DNA from: an uncultured Verrucomicrobiae bacterium
GTDB taxonomy: Bacteria; Verrucomicrobiota; Verrucomicrobiia; Chthoniobacterales; Chthoniobacteraceae
NCBI GenBank assembly: GCA_963836755.1
Contig: CAWIKF010000002.1
Coordinates: forward strand, 1,664,001 to 1,728,000
Direction: 5' to 3'
DNA length: 64,000 bases
Both the position numbers and the translations under genes were made by a program. This document shows, in pieces, positions 51,636-61,182 of the stretch; the first letter of the stretch is position 1; each line of letters opens with the position of its first letter. A model generated the notes under the pieces. The model had not been told where the DNA came from and searched no databases. It saw only the letters and a program-made list of their open reading frames with translations.

Positions 51636-53261
51636 CTATTCCGCGGCGATGTGCGCGCCTTTCTCGGCGACCGAGCGTTTCATGAAAAATACCAGCGGGA
51701 CCAGCGCGAGCGAGACTGCCGCGAAGACGACGAAGCTGTCAAAGTAGGCGAGCGACGACGCCTGGATCTCGCGCAGGTTTTCCAGCGCAGCGAGCCCGAG
51801 CTGTTTCGCCGCGGCGGGATCGCCGTTGTTGTGCAGGAAGCCCGATTGCGCCTGCGCGAGAAAGTCGGTGACGGCGCGGTTGAGCGTGTCGAGATTTTCG
51901 CCGAGGCGGAGCGTGTGGAATTGCTCGCGCCGCTCGTGGATGGTCTGCGCGACCGAGGTGCCGACGCTGCCGCCTTCGTTTCGTAACAGCGCGAGCAGGC
52001 CGACAGCGGCGCCGCGCATCTGCGGCGGGATTCGGAGAAATGCGGCGACATTCACCGGCGCAAAAGTCATCGACAGCCCGGCGATGATGACCACGCGCGG
52101 CCAGACGACCTGCCACGGGCTGATGTCGAGCGTGAGGCGCGACATCCAGAAAGTCCCCGCCGCCATGGTGAAAAGTCCGCACCCGATGATCCACCGCGCA
52201 TCGGTGCCGCGCCCGAGCAGCGTGCCGACGATGACGAGCATCATCACCGCGAAAATTCCCGCCGGCGAAAGGACGAGGCCGGACGTCGTCGCATCGTAGC
52301 CGAAGAGCGTTTGCAGCAGCGAGGGGAGCGCCGTGGTGTTCGCGTAAAGCGAGGCAAAAGTGCAGAAGATGATGATGCAGCACCATCGGAAATTCGTATC
52401 GGCGAGCGTGCGGAAATTGATCAGCGGATTCGCAATCCGCATTTCGCGCCAGACCAGCGCGCCGAGACTTACGACAAAGAGCGCCGACAAAACCTGCACG
52501 CGCCAGAACGGGTCACCAAACCAATCCCACTCCTGCCCTTTGCTCAGCGCGATTTCCCAGCAGACCATCGTGAGACTCAGCAGGCAGAGGCCGATGGTAT
52601 CGAATGGCGCGTGCCTTTTGCGCATCGCGGCCTGCTCGGCCTGCAAATAAGCGGGATCGCGGACGACGAGATTGCAAACCCAGAGCGCGAAAAGTCCGAC
52701 GGGGAGATTGAGGTAAAAGATCCAGCGCCAGCCGTAGTTGTCCGTGATGAAGCCGCCCAGCGTCGGCCCGACCACCGGCGCGAGCAGCGCGGCAATTCCA
52801 AAGAGCGCCTGCGCCGCGCCCTGCTTCTCCTTTGGAAAAGCATCGAGCAACACCCCCTGGCTCGACGGTTGCAAGCCGCCGCCGGCAAACCCCTGCAACA
52901 CACGCGCCCCGATCAGCATGCCGAGACTCGTCGCCATTCCGCACAGCACCGAGGCGAGCGTGAACACGCCGATCGAGAGCAAAAAGTAATTGCGCCGCCC
53001 GAGCCGCAGCGCGAGCCAGCCCGAGATCGGCAGCACGATGGCATTCGCCGCGAGGTAACTCGTGATAACCCATTCGCTATCGGTGACCGGCGCCGAAAGC
53101 CCGCCCGCCATGTAACGCAGCGCCACGTTCGCGATCGTGGTGTCGAGCACCTCCATGAACGTCGGAATCACCACCGCCAGCGCGACGATCCAGGGATTGA
53201 AGATGCGCGGCTGTGCAGCAGCGACAGGCATCGCAACTGCCGATGTGGAAATAGTCTTCAC
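51636..53261 (-). CDS. emrB: DHA2 (EmrB/QacA) MFS efflux permease
   Basis: FMEVLDTTIANVAL, WVITSYL, RVLQG..GG, GPTLGG.ITD…WRWIF..N.P, R..GGS.G. Confidence 0.93.
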   Translation of the reverse strand: MKTISTSAVAMPVAAAQPRIFNPWIVALAVVIPTFMEVLDTTIANVALRYMAGGLSAPVTDSEWVITSYLAANAIVLPISGWLALRLGRRNYFLLSIGVFTLASVLCGMATSLGMLIGARVLQGFAGGGLQPSSQGVLLDAFPKEKQGAAQALFGIAALLAPVVGPTLGGFITDNYGWRWIFYLNLPVGLFALWVCNLVVRDPAYLQAEQAAMRKRHAPFDTIGLCLLSLTMVCWEIALSKGQEWDWFGDPFWRVQVLSALFVVSLGALVWREMRIANPLINFRTLADTNFRWCCIIIFCTFASLYANTTALPSLLQTLFGYDATTSGLVLSPAGIFAVMMLVIVGTLLGRGTDARWIIGCGLFTMAAGTFWMSRLTLDISPWQVVWPRVVIIAGLSMTFAPVNVAAFLRIPPQMRGAAVGLLALLRNEGGSVGTSVAQTIHERREQFHTLRLGENLDTLNRAVTDFLAQAQSGFLHNNGDPAAAKQLGLAALENLREIQASSLAYFDSFVVFAAVSLALVPLVFFMKRSVAEKGAHIAAE

Positions 53262-53386
53262 AGCTTCATGCTCGCGCTTGATTCTTGCCGTGCCTGACGA
53301 ACACGGCTTTCCAACTCAGCAATCCTTTTGGGTAAATCCAACCGGTCAGGAATCTGTGTCATGTGCAGGACTAAACGTCGCGCAAA

Positions 53387-53528
53387 TCCGACTTGGTCTT
53401 TCAAAGGTCTCGCGCAGATGCGCGAAGGATCGGGAGCTGCCGCTCTTCATCAACCGATACCAATGCTCCAACGCACTTCGCGGATGTTCTGCGGCGAAGT
53501 CGTTCAGCCGCTTGCGCATGATGTGCAT
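53387..53528 (-). pseudogene. higB: Truncated HigB-family type II toxin relic
   Basis: MHI.RKRL.DFA..HP.SALEHWY..MK…SFA.LRETF, then DQVG in a shifted frame. This matches the HigB N-terminus (…TFPSADxVG). The C-terminus and higA are absent. Confidence 0.7.
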
Positions 53529-53561
53529 TCGATGGATTCGAAGTCACACGGCTCAGCCCGA

Positions 53562-54263
53562 CTATGGTTTTGGTGGCGTGGTCGGCGGCTCGGGCTTCTT
53601 GCGCTGCGGGGCGCGCTCGATGTGGCTGGCGCTTTGCCACGCGCGGAGTTTGTCGGCGTTGCGCGCGTATTTGTTGTGGATGATGGCGTCGAGGTAGTTG
53701 ACTTCTTTCATCCCGGCTTTGATGAGGCGGCCGATTGCGGCGGTGCTTTCGACCCCTTCGCTGTCATCGCTCTCGTTGGCGTTCTGTTCGTTGCCGATGG
53801 CCTGGCGGTCGTCGGCGAGGTGGGTGACGAAATCGGCGGGAAGTTCGTGCGCTACGAATTTGGCGACGAGCGCGACCTTGGCGGCTTTTTGCGTGGCGGT
53901 GTCATTGTCGCCGGGTTGAAACTGAAGAAGATAAGCGTCGGCGGTGGTGAGGATACTTTCATGGCTCGGGCTCTCCGGCGGGCGGAAGTTGTCTGCGAAA
54001 CCGGGCTCGTCCTGCGCGATGGCGCGGGCGGTGCGGCCGATGTTTTGCAGGTCGAGGCGGAGGGAGTCGAAGAGGACTTCGAGGGCGGTGTTGCCGCCGC
54101 CTAGCTGCTTCGCTTTTTCGATGGCGAGGTCTTTGTGGATTTGGGCGACATTGGCAAAGCGTTTTTGCGCCTCGCCGCCGGCGGCAAAGTCCCCGGTGTT
54201 GTCGGTGCCAAAGGTTTCGACGCGGCCAAACATGTCATAACGGCGGGTTTCACGATCATTCAT
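53562..54263 (-). CDS. Orphan helical protein C (233 aa from ATG 54263), downstream of a 21-bp array
   Basis: MNDRETRRYDMFGRVETF…, amphipathic helices, Pro/Lys-rich C-terminus (KKPEPPTTPPKP). Confidence 0.85.
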   Translation of the reverse strand: MNDRETRRYDMFGRVETFGTDNTGDFAAGGEAQKRFANVAQIHKDLAIEKAKQLGGGNTALEVLFDSLRLDLQNIGRTARAIAQDEPGFADNFRPPESPSHESILTTADAYLLQFQPGDNDTATQKAAKVALVAKFVAHELPADFVTHLADDRQAIGNEQNANESDDSEGVESTAAIGRLIKAGMKEVNYLDAIIHNKYARNADKLRAWQSASHIERAPQRKKPEPPTTPPKP

Positions 54264-54422
54264 AAAGGCGATAGCTCGGTTGTTTTGTAAGGGTGAGACT
54301 GCCCGCAGAGCCTGTGAGCCCATGAAACAAACGTCGAGCGAAAAACAACACCTTTTTTACAGAACGTTGAGTTTTTCTTTGAGTGCGACGTGGCCAGGCG
54401 TGAATCGACACGCAAGTGCATC

Positions 54423-54653
54423 ATTTACACGCCCGAAGGCTGGATTTACACGCTCCAAGGCTCAGCTCGCACGCTCCAAGGCTCGATTTACACGCGCGAA
54501 GATCTCAGCTCGCACGGGCTGCGACGAGGCTGACACAGCCCTGGCCCGGCATGCAAAGGTCTGAACTAAGCGCGCACACGCTTGGGATGATCTCGCACAC
54601 GAATACGGGGCGCTCGCAAGCGGCTGGAGGCATCGCGCAGGAGGCGGGAGTTC
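54423..54653. repeat. Degenerate 21-bp tandem array (~11 units); best units about ATTTACACGCTCCAAGGCTCA / GCTCGCACGCTCCAAGGCTCG
   Basis: Clear units at 54423, 54444, 54465 and 54486. Degenerate units with a (C)TCGCAC/CGCGCA-like core at about 54508, 54529, 54549, 54570, 54591, 54612 and 54633. Confidence 0.82.
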
Positions 54654-54655
54654 GG

Positions 54656-56140
54656 TTACGGCTTCGGCGTGGCCGCCGCTGCGGGCTGGATGGTTTCCTG
54701 CAAAAATCTTCCGGCATTCGGGCCGGTCGGCTCGCTTTTGATATCGACGACCGGCTCGACGGAGAGGCCGACGAAAAGCGGACGCCGAATCGGATCGTAA
54801 TTCACCAGATCGATCCGCACCGGCAGGCGCTGCACGACTTTGACGAAGTTGCCGGTCGCGTTCTGCGCCGGGAGCAGCGCGAGCGTGGAGCCGGTGCCAA
54901 AGGTGAAGCCGGAGATGCGGCCCTCGAACTTTTGCCGGCTGCCATACATGTCGGTTTTTAACTCCACGCGCTGGCCGATGCGCAGGTCGCGGAGTTGCGT
55001 TTCCTTGAAATTCGCGTCAACCCAGATGTCGCGCAGTGAGCGGATCGCCATGAGGCTCTGGCCGATCTGGACGTTGTCGCCGGGGTTGACGTTGCGCCGC
55101 GTGATGACGCCATCGATCTCGGCGACGATTTTGCAATAGCGCAGGTCGAGTTGCGCCTGGTCGAGCGCGCGCTGCGCTTTCTCCACGCCGGCTTCGGCTT
55201 GTTTGAGCGCGGGCGCTTTTTTGATGATGCCGGCGTAAATTTTGTCGATGTCGCCGCCGGGATCGCGTTTGTAAAATTCCTGCACGACGGCTTTCGGCGT
55301 CAAATTGTAAGAGGAGGAAACGACGCCGAGCTGCGCCGCACTTTGCATCAACTCGCCGAGCGCCTCGCGAACTGCGGAAAAGTTCTGGTCGAGATCGGCG
55401 GGCACGTCGGTGAGGCTCTGGCCGGGCGCCGGCTCGGCTGGCAGGCCGAGTGAGACGCGCGCCTGGGCGACGCTTTCCAGCGCCTGGTTGACCTGCGCTT
55501 TCGCGACGTTGAGCGCCTCACTTTTTTGATCGAATTCCTCGGCGCTCGTCACTTTCGTCGCGAGCAACTTTTTCGCGCGATCAAACTCCGATTGCGCGAG
55601 CGCGAGCGTCGCCTTCGCCTGTTCCAAAGTAGCCGCACGCGCCCGCAGTAGCGCGACCTGGTTGTCCACATCCTCGATCGCGTGCTCGAGTTTAAAGCGC
55701 AGGCCGCGCGTCTGCCCGATCTGCGCGTGGACGTTGGCCTCGGCGACAACGAGGTCGGCATTCGCGGCATCGACCGCCGATTGCTGAATCGCGACCTGCA
55801 CGCGATACGGCTCGGGATCAAGCTCCACGAGCACATCGCCTTTTTTGACGCGATTGTTATCCTCGACCAAAACGCGCGCGACCTGCCCCGCGACGCGCGG
55901 CGCGACGAAGGTGACGTAGCTGTTTACATAAGCGTCGTCGGTCGAAACCGTGTGCAGCGAATGAATGACGCGCGGGACGGCGACGATCAGAATCAATATC
56001 GCCGCGACGATGAAAATGACGCGACGCCACGGATGCGTGGCTTTCGGTTGTTTTAGATCCGCTTGCGGCGTCGCGGCAGCGGGCGCGGGCGCATCCGGCG
56101 CGGTTTTACCGGTTTCGTCCGCTGGTTTCTCGGAGGCCAT
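54656..56140 (-). CDS. emrA: EmrA/HlyD family membrane fusion protein
   Basis: STDDAYV, V.V.DN..VKKGD.L, WVDANFKETQL, LLPAQNATGNFVKVVQR.PVRI. Confidence 0.93.
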   Translation of the reverse strand: MASEKPADETGKTAPDAPAPAAATPQADLKQPKATHPWRRVIFIVAAILILIVAVPRVIHSLHTVSTDDAYVNSYVTFVAPRVAGQVARVLVEDNNRVKKGDVLVELDPEPYRVQVAIQQSAVDAANADLVVAEANVHAQIGQTRGLRFKLEHAIEDVDNQVALLRARAATLEQAKATLALAQSEFDRAKKLLATKVTSAEEFDQKSEALNVAKAQVNQALESVAQARVSLGLPAEPAPGQSLTDVPADLDQNFSAVREALGELMQSAAQLGVVSSSYNLTPKAVVQEFYKRDPGGDIDKIYAGIIKKAPALKQAEAGVEKAQRALDQAQLDLRYCKIVAEIDGVITRRNVNPGDNVQIGQSLMAIRSLRDIWVDANFKETQLRDLRIGQRVELKTDMYGSRQKFEGRISGFTFGTGSTLALLPAQNATGNFVKVVQRLPVRIDLVNYDPIRRPLFVGLSVEPVVDIKSEPTGPNAGRFLQETIQPAAAATPKP

Positions 56141-56155
56141 GCTTGTGATCTTTCG

Positions 56156-58381
56156 TTAACCGGCCATGCAGCGTGCGATGGATTGATGCCACGCGCGATG
56201 CAATTCCTCCACCGACCAGCTCAGTTGAGTGCTGCCGGCGTAGATCTGCAAATTTTTGCCGCCAACCGAACCGAGACGTCGCGCGGGAACGCCGCGCCAT
56301 TCGCAAAGTGCGGCCAATGCGCTGGCGTTTGTTTTCGCCGCGGAAACGATGATGCGCGATTGCGATTCGTTGAATAAAAGTTGCTCGATGCGCAAATCCG
56401 TTTCGCCCAAATCGATCTCCGCGCCGAAGAGTTTTCCGCCGGAAATGCAGCACTCCGCGAGCGCGACGGCGATGCCGCCTTCGCTGCAATCATGCGCGCT
56501 TGCGATGAGTCCGCACTTGATCATCGCCCGCAAAGCCTGATGCAGAGCCAGCTCGCGGTCAAAGTCGAGCCGCGGTGGCCGGCCATTCTTGCGACCGTGG
56601 ATCACTTTTAAGTAATGGCTCGCGCCCATTTCATCGCCGATGCCGCCGAGCAGGATGATCGCGTCACCCTCGTTTTTAAACGACTGCGTGGTGATCTGTT
56701 TCTCGTTCTCGATGAGCCCGACCATGCCGACCGTCGGCGTCGGATCGATCGCACCGCCGGGATTTTCATTGTAAAGGCTGACATTTCCCCCCGTGACCGG
56801 AGTGTTAAACACCCGACACGCCTCCGCGAGTCCCTCCACGCACTCGCGCAACTGCCAGAAATTCTCCGGCTTGTGCGGATTGCCGAAGTTCAAGTTATCC
56901 GTGACCGCGAGCGGCGTCGCGCCGCTGCAAGCAAGATTCCGTGCGGCTTCCGCAACCGCGATCTTCGCGCCCTCGCGCGGATCGAGCGCGCAGTAGAGCG
57001 CGTTGCAATCGCTCGTCGCGGCTAGAATTTTACCCGCTTCGCGCACGAGAAAAACAGCGGCGTCCGACCCGGGCAGCACGCACGTCCCAGCGCGCACCAT
57101 GTGATCGTATTGGCGATAAACCCAGTTTTTCGACGCGATGCTCGGGTGCGCAAGAAGCGCAAGCAGCGCCGCGTGCGGATCCGTCTCCGGCCAATCGCGA
57201 AGCGGCTCCGAGGGCGGACGCACTTTTGCCTCGCGCTCATAAATCGGTGCATCGTCGGCAAGTTTGCGCGCAGGGATTTCCGCAACTGTTGCGCCATTGT
57301 TCAACACGCGCATCATGCCGTCGTCCTTCACCACGCCAACTTCGGCGAATGGCAAATCCCACTTTTCAAAAATGTCGCGCACCGTTTGCTCGTGGCCCTT
57401 TTTCACGATGATCAGCATTCGCTCCTGCGATTCGCTGAGCATGATTTCATACGGCGTCATCCCGCTCTCGCGCTTCGGCACTTTTGCGAGATCGATCTCC
57501 ACGCCAGTGCCGCCGCGGCTCGCTGTTTCACATGTTGAACAAGTGAGGCCAGCGGCGCCCATGTCTTGAATGCCGGCGACGGCGTCGGTCGCGAGTAATT
57601 CCAGACACGCTTCGAGTAAAAGTTTCTCCTTGAAAGGATCGCCGACCTGCACGGCGGGACGGTCCTGTTTCGATTCCTCGGTCAGTTCGCGCGATGCGAA
57701 AGCCGCGCCCGCGAGTCCGTCGCGACCGGTTTCCGCGCCGACGTAAAAAACGGGATTGCCGATGCCGACGGCGCCGCCGCGCGCGATCTGCTCGTGCCGC
57801 AAGATGCCAAGGCAAAAGACATTGACGAGCGGATTGCCGTCATAACTTTCGTCGAAATAAATCTCACCGCCGATGGTTGGAATGCCGATGCAATTTCCGT
57901 AGTGCGAGATGCCGGAGACGACGCCGCTGAAGAGGCGCCGGTTCGTTTTGACGTTTTCGCCTTCGCCGGAAATCGGGCCGAAGCGCAGCGAATTCAGCGA
58001 AAAAACGGGCCGCGCGCCCATCGTGAAAATGTCGCGGATGATGCCGCCGACGCCGGTCGCCGCGCCCTGGAATGGCTCAATCGCACTCGGATGATTGTGC
58101 GATTCCATCTTGAATGCGATCGCCCAGCCGTCGCCGATATCGATGACGCCCGCGTTTTCCTCGCCCGCTTTCACGAGCACATTTGGGCCGGTCGTCGGGA
58201 ATTTTCGCAGCTCCGGCTTCGAGTTTTTATACGAGCAATGCTCGCTCCACATCACGGAGAAAATGCCCAGCTCCGTAAAGTTTGGATCGCGGCCGAGGAT
58301 GCTCTGGATGCGTTGAAATTCGTCGGCGGTGATGCCGTGCTTGGCGACGAGTTCGGGCGTGACGGCTGGGTCGTTCGGCAT
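56156..58381 (-). CDS. purL: Phosphoribosylformylglycinamidine synthase subunit PurL
   Basis: [54 protein letters not shown]. Confidence 0.98.
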   Translation of the reverse strand: MPNDPAVTPELVAKHGITADEFQRIQSILGRDPNFTELGIFSVMWSEHCSYKNSKPELRKFPTTGPNVLVKAGEENAGVIDIGDGWAIAFKMESHNHPSAIEPFQGAATGVGGIIRDIFTMGARPVFSLNSLRFGPISGEGENVKTNRRLFSGVVSGISHYGNCIGIPTIGGEIYFDESYDGNPLVNVFCLGILRHEQIARGGAVGIGNPVFYVGAETGRDGLAGAAFASRELTEESKQDRPAVQVGDPFKEKLLLEACLELLATDAVAGIQDMGAAGLTCSTCETASRGGTGVEIDLAKVPKRESGMTPYEIMLSESQERMLIIVKKGHEQTVRDIFEKWDLPFAEVGVVKDDGMMRVLNNGATVAEIPARKLADDAPIYEREAKVRPPSEPLRDWPETDPHAALLALLAHPSIASKNWVYRQYDHMVRAGTCVLPGSDAAVFLVREAGKILAATSDCNALYCALDPREGAKIAVAEAARNLACSGATPLAVTDNLNFGNPHKPENFWQLRECVEGLAEACRVFNTPVTGGNVSLYNENPGGAIDPTPTVGMVGLIENEKQITTQSFKNEGDAIILLGGIGDEMGASHYLKVIHGRKNGRPPRLDFDRELALHQALRAMIKCGLIASAHDCSEGGIAVALAECCISGGKLFGAEIDLGETDLRIEQLLFNESQSRIIVSAAKTNASALAALCEWRGVPARRLGSVGGKNLQIYAGSTQLSWSVEELHRAWHQSIARCMAG

Positions 58382-58511
58382 GGAAAACGAGGAGCGAGCA
58401 TGAGCGATTCATCGCGGCTGACAAGGGCAAATCGCGCGCGCAATCACGCAGCCGTGCCGAGCCGCCACGCGGTTTTGCTTTTCGCGCGGGAATCTGGTTT
58501 GCTGCGGGCGC

Positions 58512-61160
58512 ATGTTACCGCGACCGGCCGGGACGATCACATTTTTGTTCACCGATATCGAAGGCAGCTCGCAGCTTTGGGAGCAGCAAATGGAAGCGAT
58601 GCGCCTCGCGCTGGCGAAGCACGATACGATTTTGCGCGAGGCTTTTGAATCGCAGCACGGCTTTGTTTTCAAAACCGTCGGCGATGCTTTTTGCGTGGCG
58701 TTCGACACGGCGCACGATGCCTGCGCGGCGGCGCTCGCCGCGCAACGGATGTTATACGGAGAAACGTGGGATGTTGTCGGTGCGATCAAAGTCCGTATGG
58801 CGCTGCACACCGGCCCGGCCGAGCAGCGCGACGGCGATTATTTTGGACCTGCGCTCAATCGCGTGAGCCGGCTGCTCGCGGCCGCGCACGGCGGGCAGAC
58901 ACTGCTTTCGCTGCCGACCGCGGAGCTTGTGCGCGACCATCTCGCGGGCGGCACGCGGCTGCGCGATCTTGGCGAGCGGCGGCTGCGCGACCTGACGCGG
59001 CCCGAGCATGTTTTTCAACTCGTGACGAACGATCTGCCGTCGGAATTTCCGCCGCTGCGTTCGCTGGAAAGTGTGCCGAATAACTTGCCGACGCAGCTGA
59101 CCAGTTTCGTCGGGCGCGAGCGCGAAATGGCGGAGGTCAAGCGCCTGCTCGACAGCACGCATCTGCTCACGCTCACCGGCACGGGCGGCACCGGAAAGAC
59201 GCGACTTTCGCTGCAAGTCGCGGCGGACAGTTTGGAGAAATTTCAGGACGGCGTCTGGCTCGTGGAGTTCGCAACGATCGACGACTCTGGGCTCGTGCCG
59301 GAGACCGTCGCTGCGGCGCTGAACGTTCGCCAGGAAACGGATCGGCCGCTCGTTGCGACGCTCACCAATTATCTCCGCGCCAAAAATCTGCTGCTCATTT
59401 TTGACAACTGCGAGCACGTGGTCGCGGCATGCGCGCGTCTCGCGGAGGCGCTGCTGCGCGCCTGCCCGCAGCTCCGCATCCTCGCGAGCAGCCGGGAGCC
59501 GCTCGGCATCGCGGGCGAAACGGCGTGGCCGCTGCCGCCGATGTCGCTGCCGGAACATTGGCGTGAGCTGAGCGGCGGGGCGAATGCGGCGGAGCGATTG
59601 CTCGAATACGAAGCCGTGCGGCTCTTCGCGGAGCGCGCGGCGCAGGCGCGGGCGACTTTTCAGTTGACTGACGAAAATGCTACAACCGTTGCGCAGATTT
59701 GCTGGCGGCTTGACGGCATTCCGCTGGCGATTGAACTCGCAGCGGCGCGGATCAAAGTTCTCACGCTCGCGCAGATCGCCGAGCGGCTCGATGACCGGTT
59801 TCATCTGCTCACCGGCGGCAGCCGCACGGCGCTTCCGCGACAGCAAACGCTGCGCGCGCTGGTCGATTGGAGCTACGATTTGCTGACTGAGCCCGAGCGG
59901 ATGCTGCTGCGGCGGCTCTCGGTTTTTGCCCGAGGCCGCACGCTCGAAGCAGTCGAGGCCGTCTGCGCCGGCGATGGGCTCGACGCGTATGAAATCATCG
60001 ACCTGCTCACGCAGCTCGTGGACAAATCGCTCGTGACCGTGGAGAAGAAAACCGAGCTCGGCGGGCGCTATTTCATGATCGAATCGATCTGGGATTACAG
60101 CCACGAAAAGCTCGCCGAGGCCGGCGAGACCGATGTCGTGCAAGGCCGTCATCTCGATTATTTTTTAAAATTTGCCGAGGAGCTCGAGCCGGTGATTCTC
60201 GGCCACGGACAGCGGCAGGGACTCGCGCGCATTGAGGAGGAATCGATGAACATTCGCTTCGCAGTCGAGGCGAGTCTGCGGCTGCCAGGGCAGGTGCAGA
60301 AAGGGTTGCGGCTCGCGTCGGCCGTGCAGCGCTCCATCGAAGTGCGCGGATTATTTAAAGAAACGCGCGATGATATTGCGCAGTTGATCGCGCATCCGGA
60401 CGGCGCGGTGCGCAATGCCGTGCGCGCAAAAGCTCTCGCGGCTGCGGCACGTCTCGCGTGGGTTTCCGATGACGTCGCGGTCGGGTTAAAACTCGAGACG
60501 GAAGCGCTCGAACTTTTTCGCGAGCTCGGCGATCCGCGCGGCATCGCAAGGTCGCTCGTGAACCTCGCGTTTTACGCGTTGGATGAGCGCGACCTCCGGC
60601 GCGCGCACGCGCTGCTCGCCGAGTCGCGGGCGAATGCGCCGGCGCCCGATGACGCGCGAGTTTGCGCCGACATTTTGCGCATGGAAGCAATCCTCGCATC
60701 GGTGGAAGGCGATTACCCGAAAGCCTTCGCCGCCCTGCACGAAACTTTCGCGCGCTACGAAGAAATTGGCGACGAATGGATGGCGAATATCGTGCGATGG
60801 GGACTCGGCGCGAGCGCGCTGATGCTCAGCCGCTTCGACGAAGCGCGCGCGCATTTCAGGGCGAATCTCCAGAACATGTGGGATATCGGAAATCGCTGGG
60901 GCGTGCCGTATCCGCTGGAAGCATTCGCGGCGCTGGCGATTGCTGAGAAAAAGTTTGAGCGCGCGGCGCGGCTGCTCGGCGCGGCGGAAGCGTTGCGGAC
61001 AAAGGCCGGGCTCGCGCCTGACCCGGTCGATCATCCGGGCGTGCGCGAAATCCTCGCATCGGCCGCGCAATTTTTTGACAAAAAAGAAGTTTCCGATGCG
61101 CGGCGCGAGGGAAGGGGAATGGCGGTGGATGAAGCGGTGAAGCTCGCGCTCAGCGAGTAG
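58512..61160 (+). CDS. Class III adenylate/guanylate cyclase + STAND/NB-ARC-like ATPase + TPR-like helical domain
   Basis: FLFTDIEGS, FKTVGDAF, LHTG…DYFG..LNR.SRL; FVGRE.E, GTGGTGKT (Walker A), DNCEH (Walker B), LDGIPLAIELAAAR; TPR-like C-terminus. Confidence 0.92.
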   Translation: MLPRPAGTITFLFTDIEGSSQLWEQQMEAMRLALAKHDTILREAFESQHGFVFKTVGDAFCVAFDTAHDACAAALAAQRMLYGETWDVVGAIKVRMALHTGPAEQRDGDYFGPALNRVSRLLAAAHGGQTLLSLPTAELVRDHLAGGTRLRDLGERRLRDLTRPEHVFQLVTNDLPSEFPPLRSLESVPNNLPTQLTSFVGREREMAEVKRLLDSTHLLTLTGTGGTGKTRLSLQVAADSLEKFQDGVWLVEFATIDDSGLVPETVAAALNVRQETDRPLVATLTNYLRAKNLLLIFDNCEHVVAACARLAEALLRACPQLRILASSREPLGIAGETAWPLPPMSLPEHWRELSGGANAAERLLEYEAVRLFAERAAQARATFQLTDENATTVAQICWRLDGIPLAIELAAARIKVLTLAQIAERLDDRFHLLTGGSRTALPRQQTLRALVDWSYDLLTEPERMLLRRLSVFARGRTLEAVEAVCAGDGLDAYEIIDLLTQLVDKSLVTVEKKTELGGRYFMIESIWDYSHEKLAEAGETDVVQGRHLDYFLKFAEELEPVILGHGQRQGLARIEEESMNIRFAVEASLRLPGQVQKGLRLASAVQRSIEVRGLFKETRDDIAQLIAHPDGAVRNAVRAKALAAAARLAWVSDDVAVGLKLETEALELFRELGDPRGIARSLVNLAFYALDERDLRRAHALLAESRANAPAPDDARVCADILRMEAILASVEGDYPKAFAALHETFARYEEIGDEWMANIVRWGLGASALMLSRFDEARAHFRANLQNMWDIGNRWGVPYPLEAFAALAIAEKKFERAARLLGAAEALRTKAGLAPDPVDHPGVREILASAAQFFDKKEVSDARREGRGMAVDEAVKLALSE

Positions 61161-61182
61161 CCGTGGGGGCTTCGCGGCAAAG

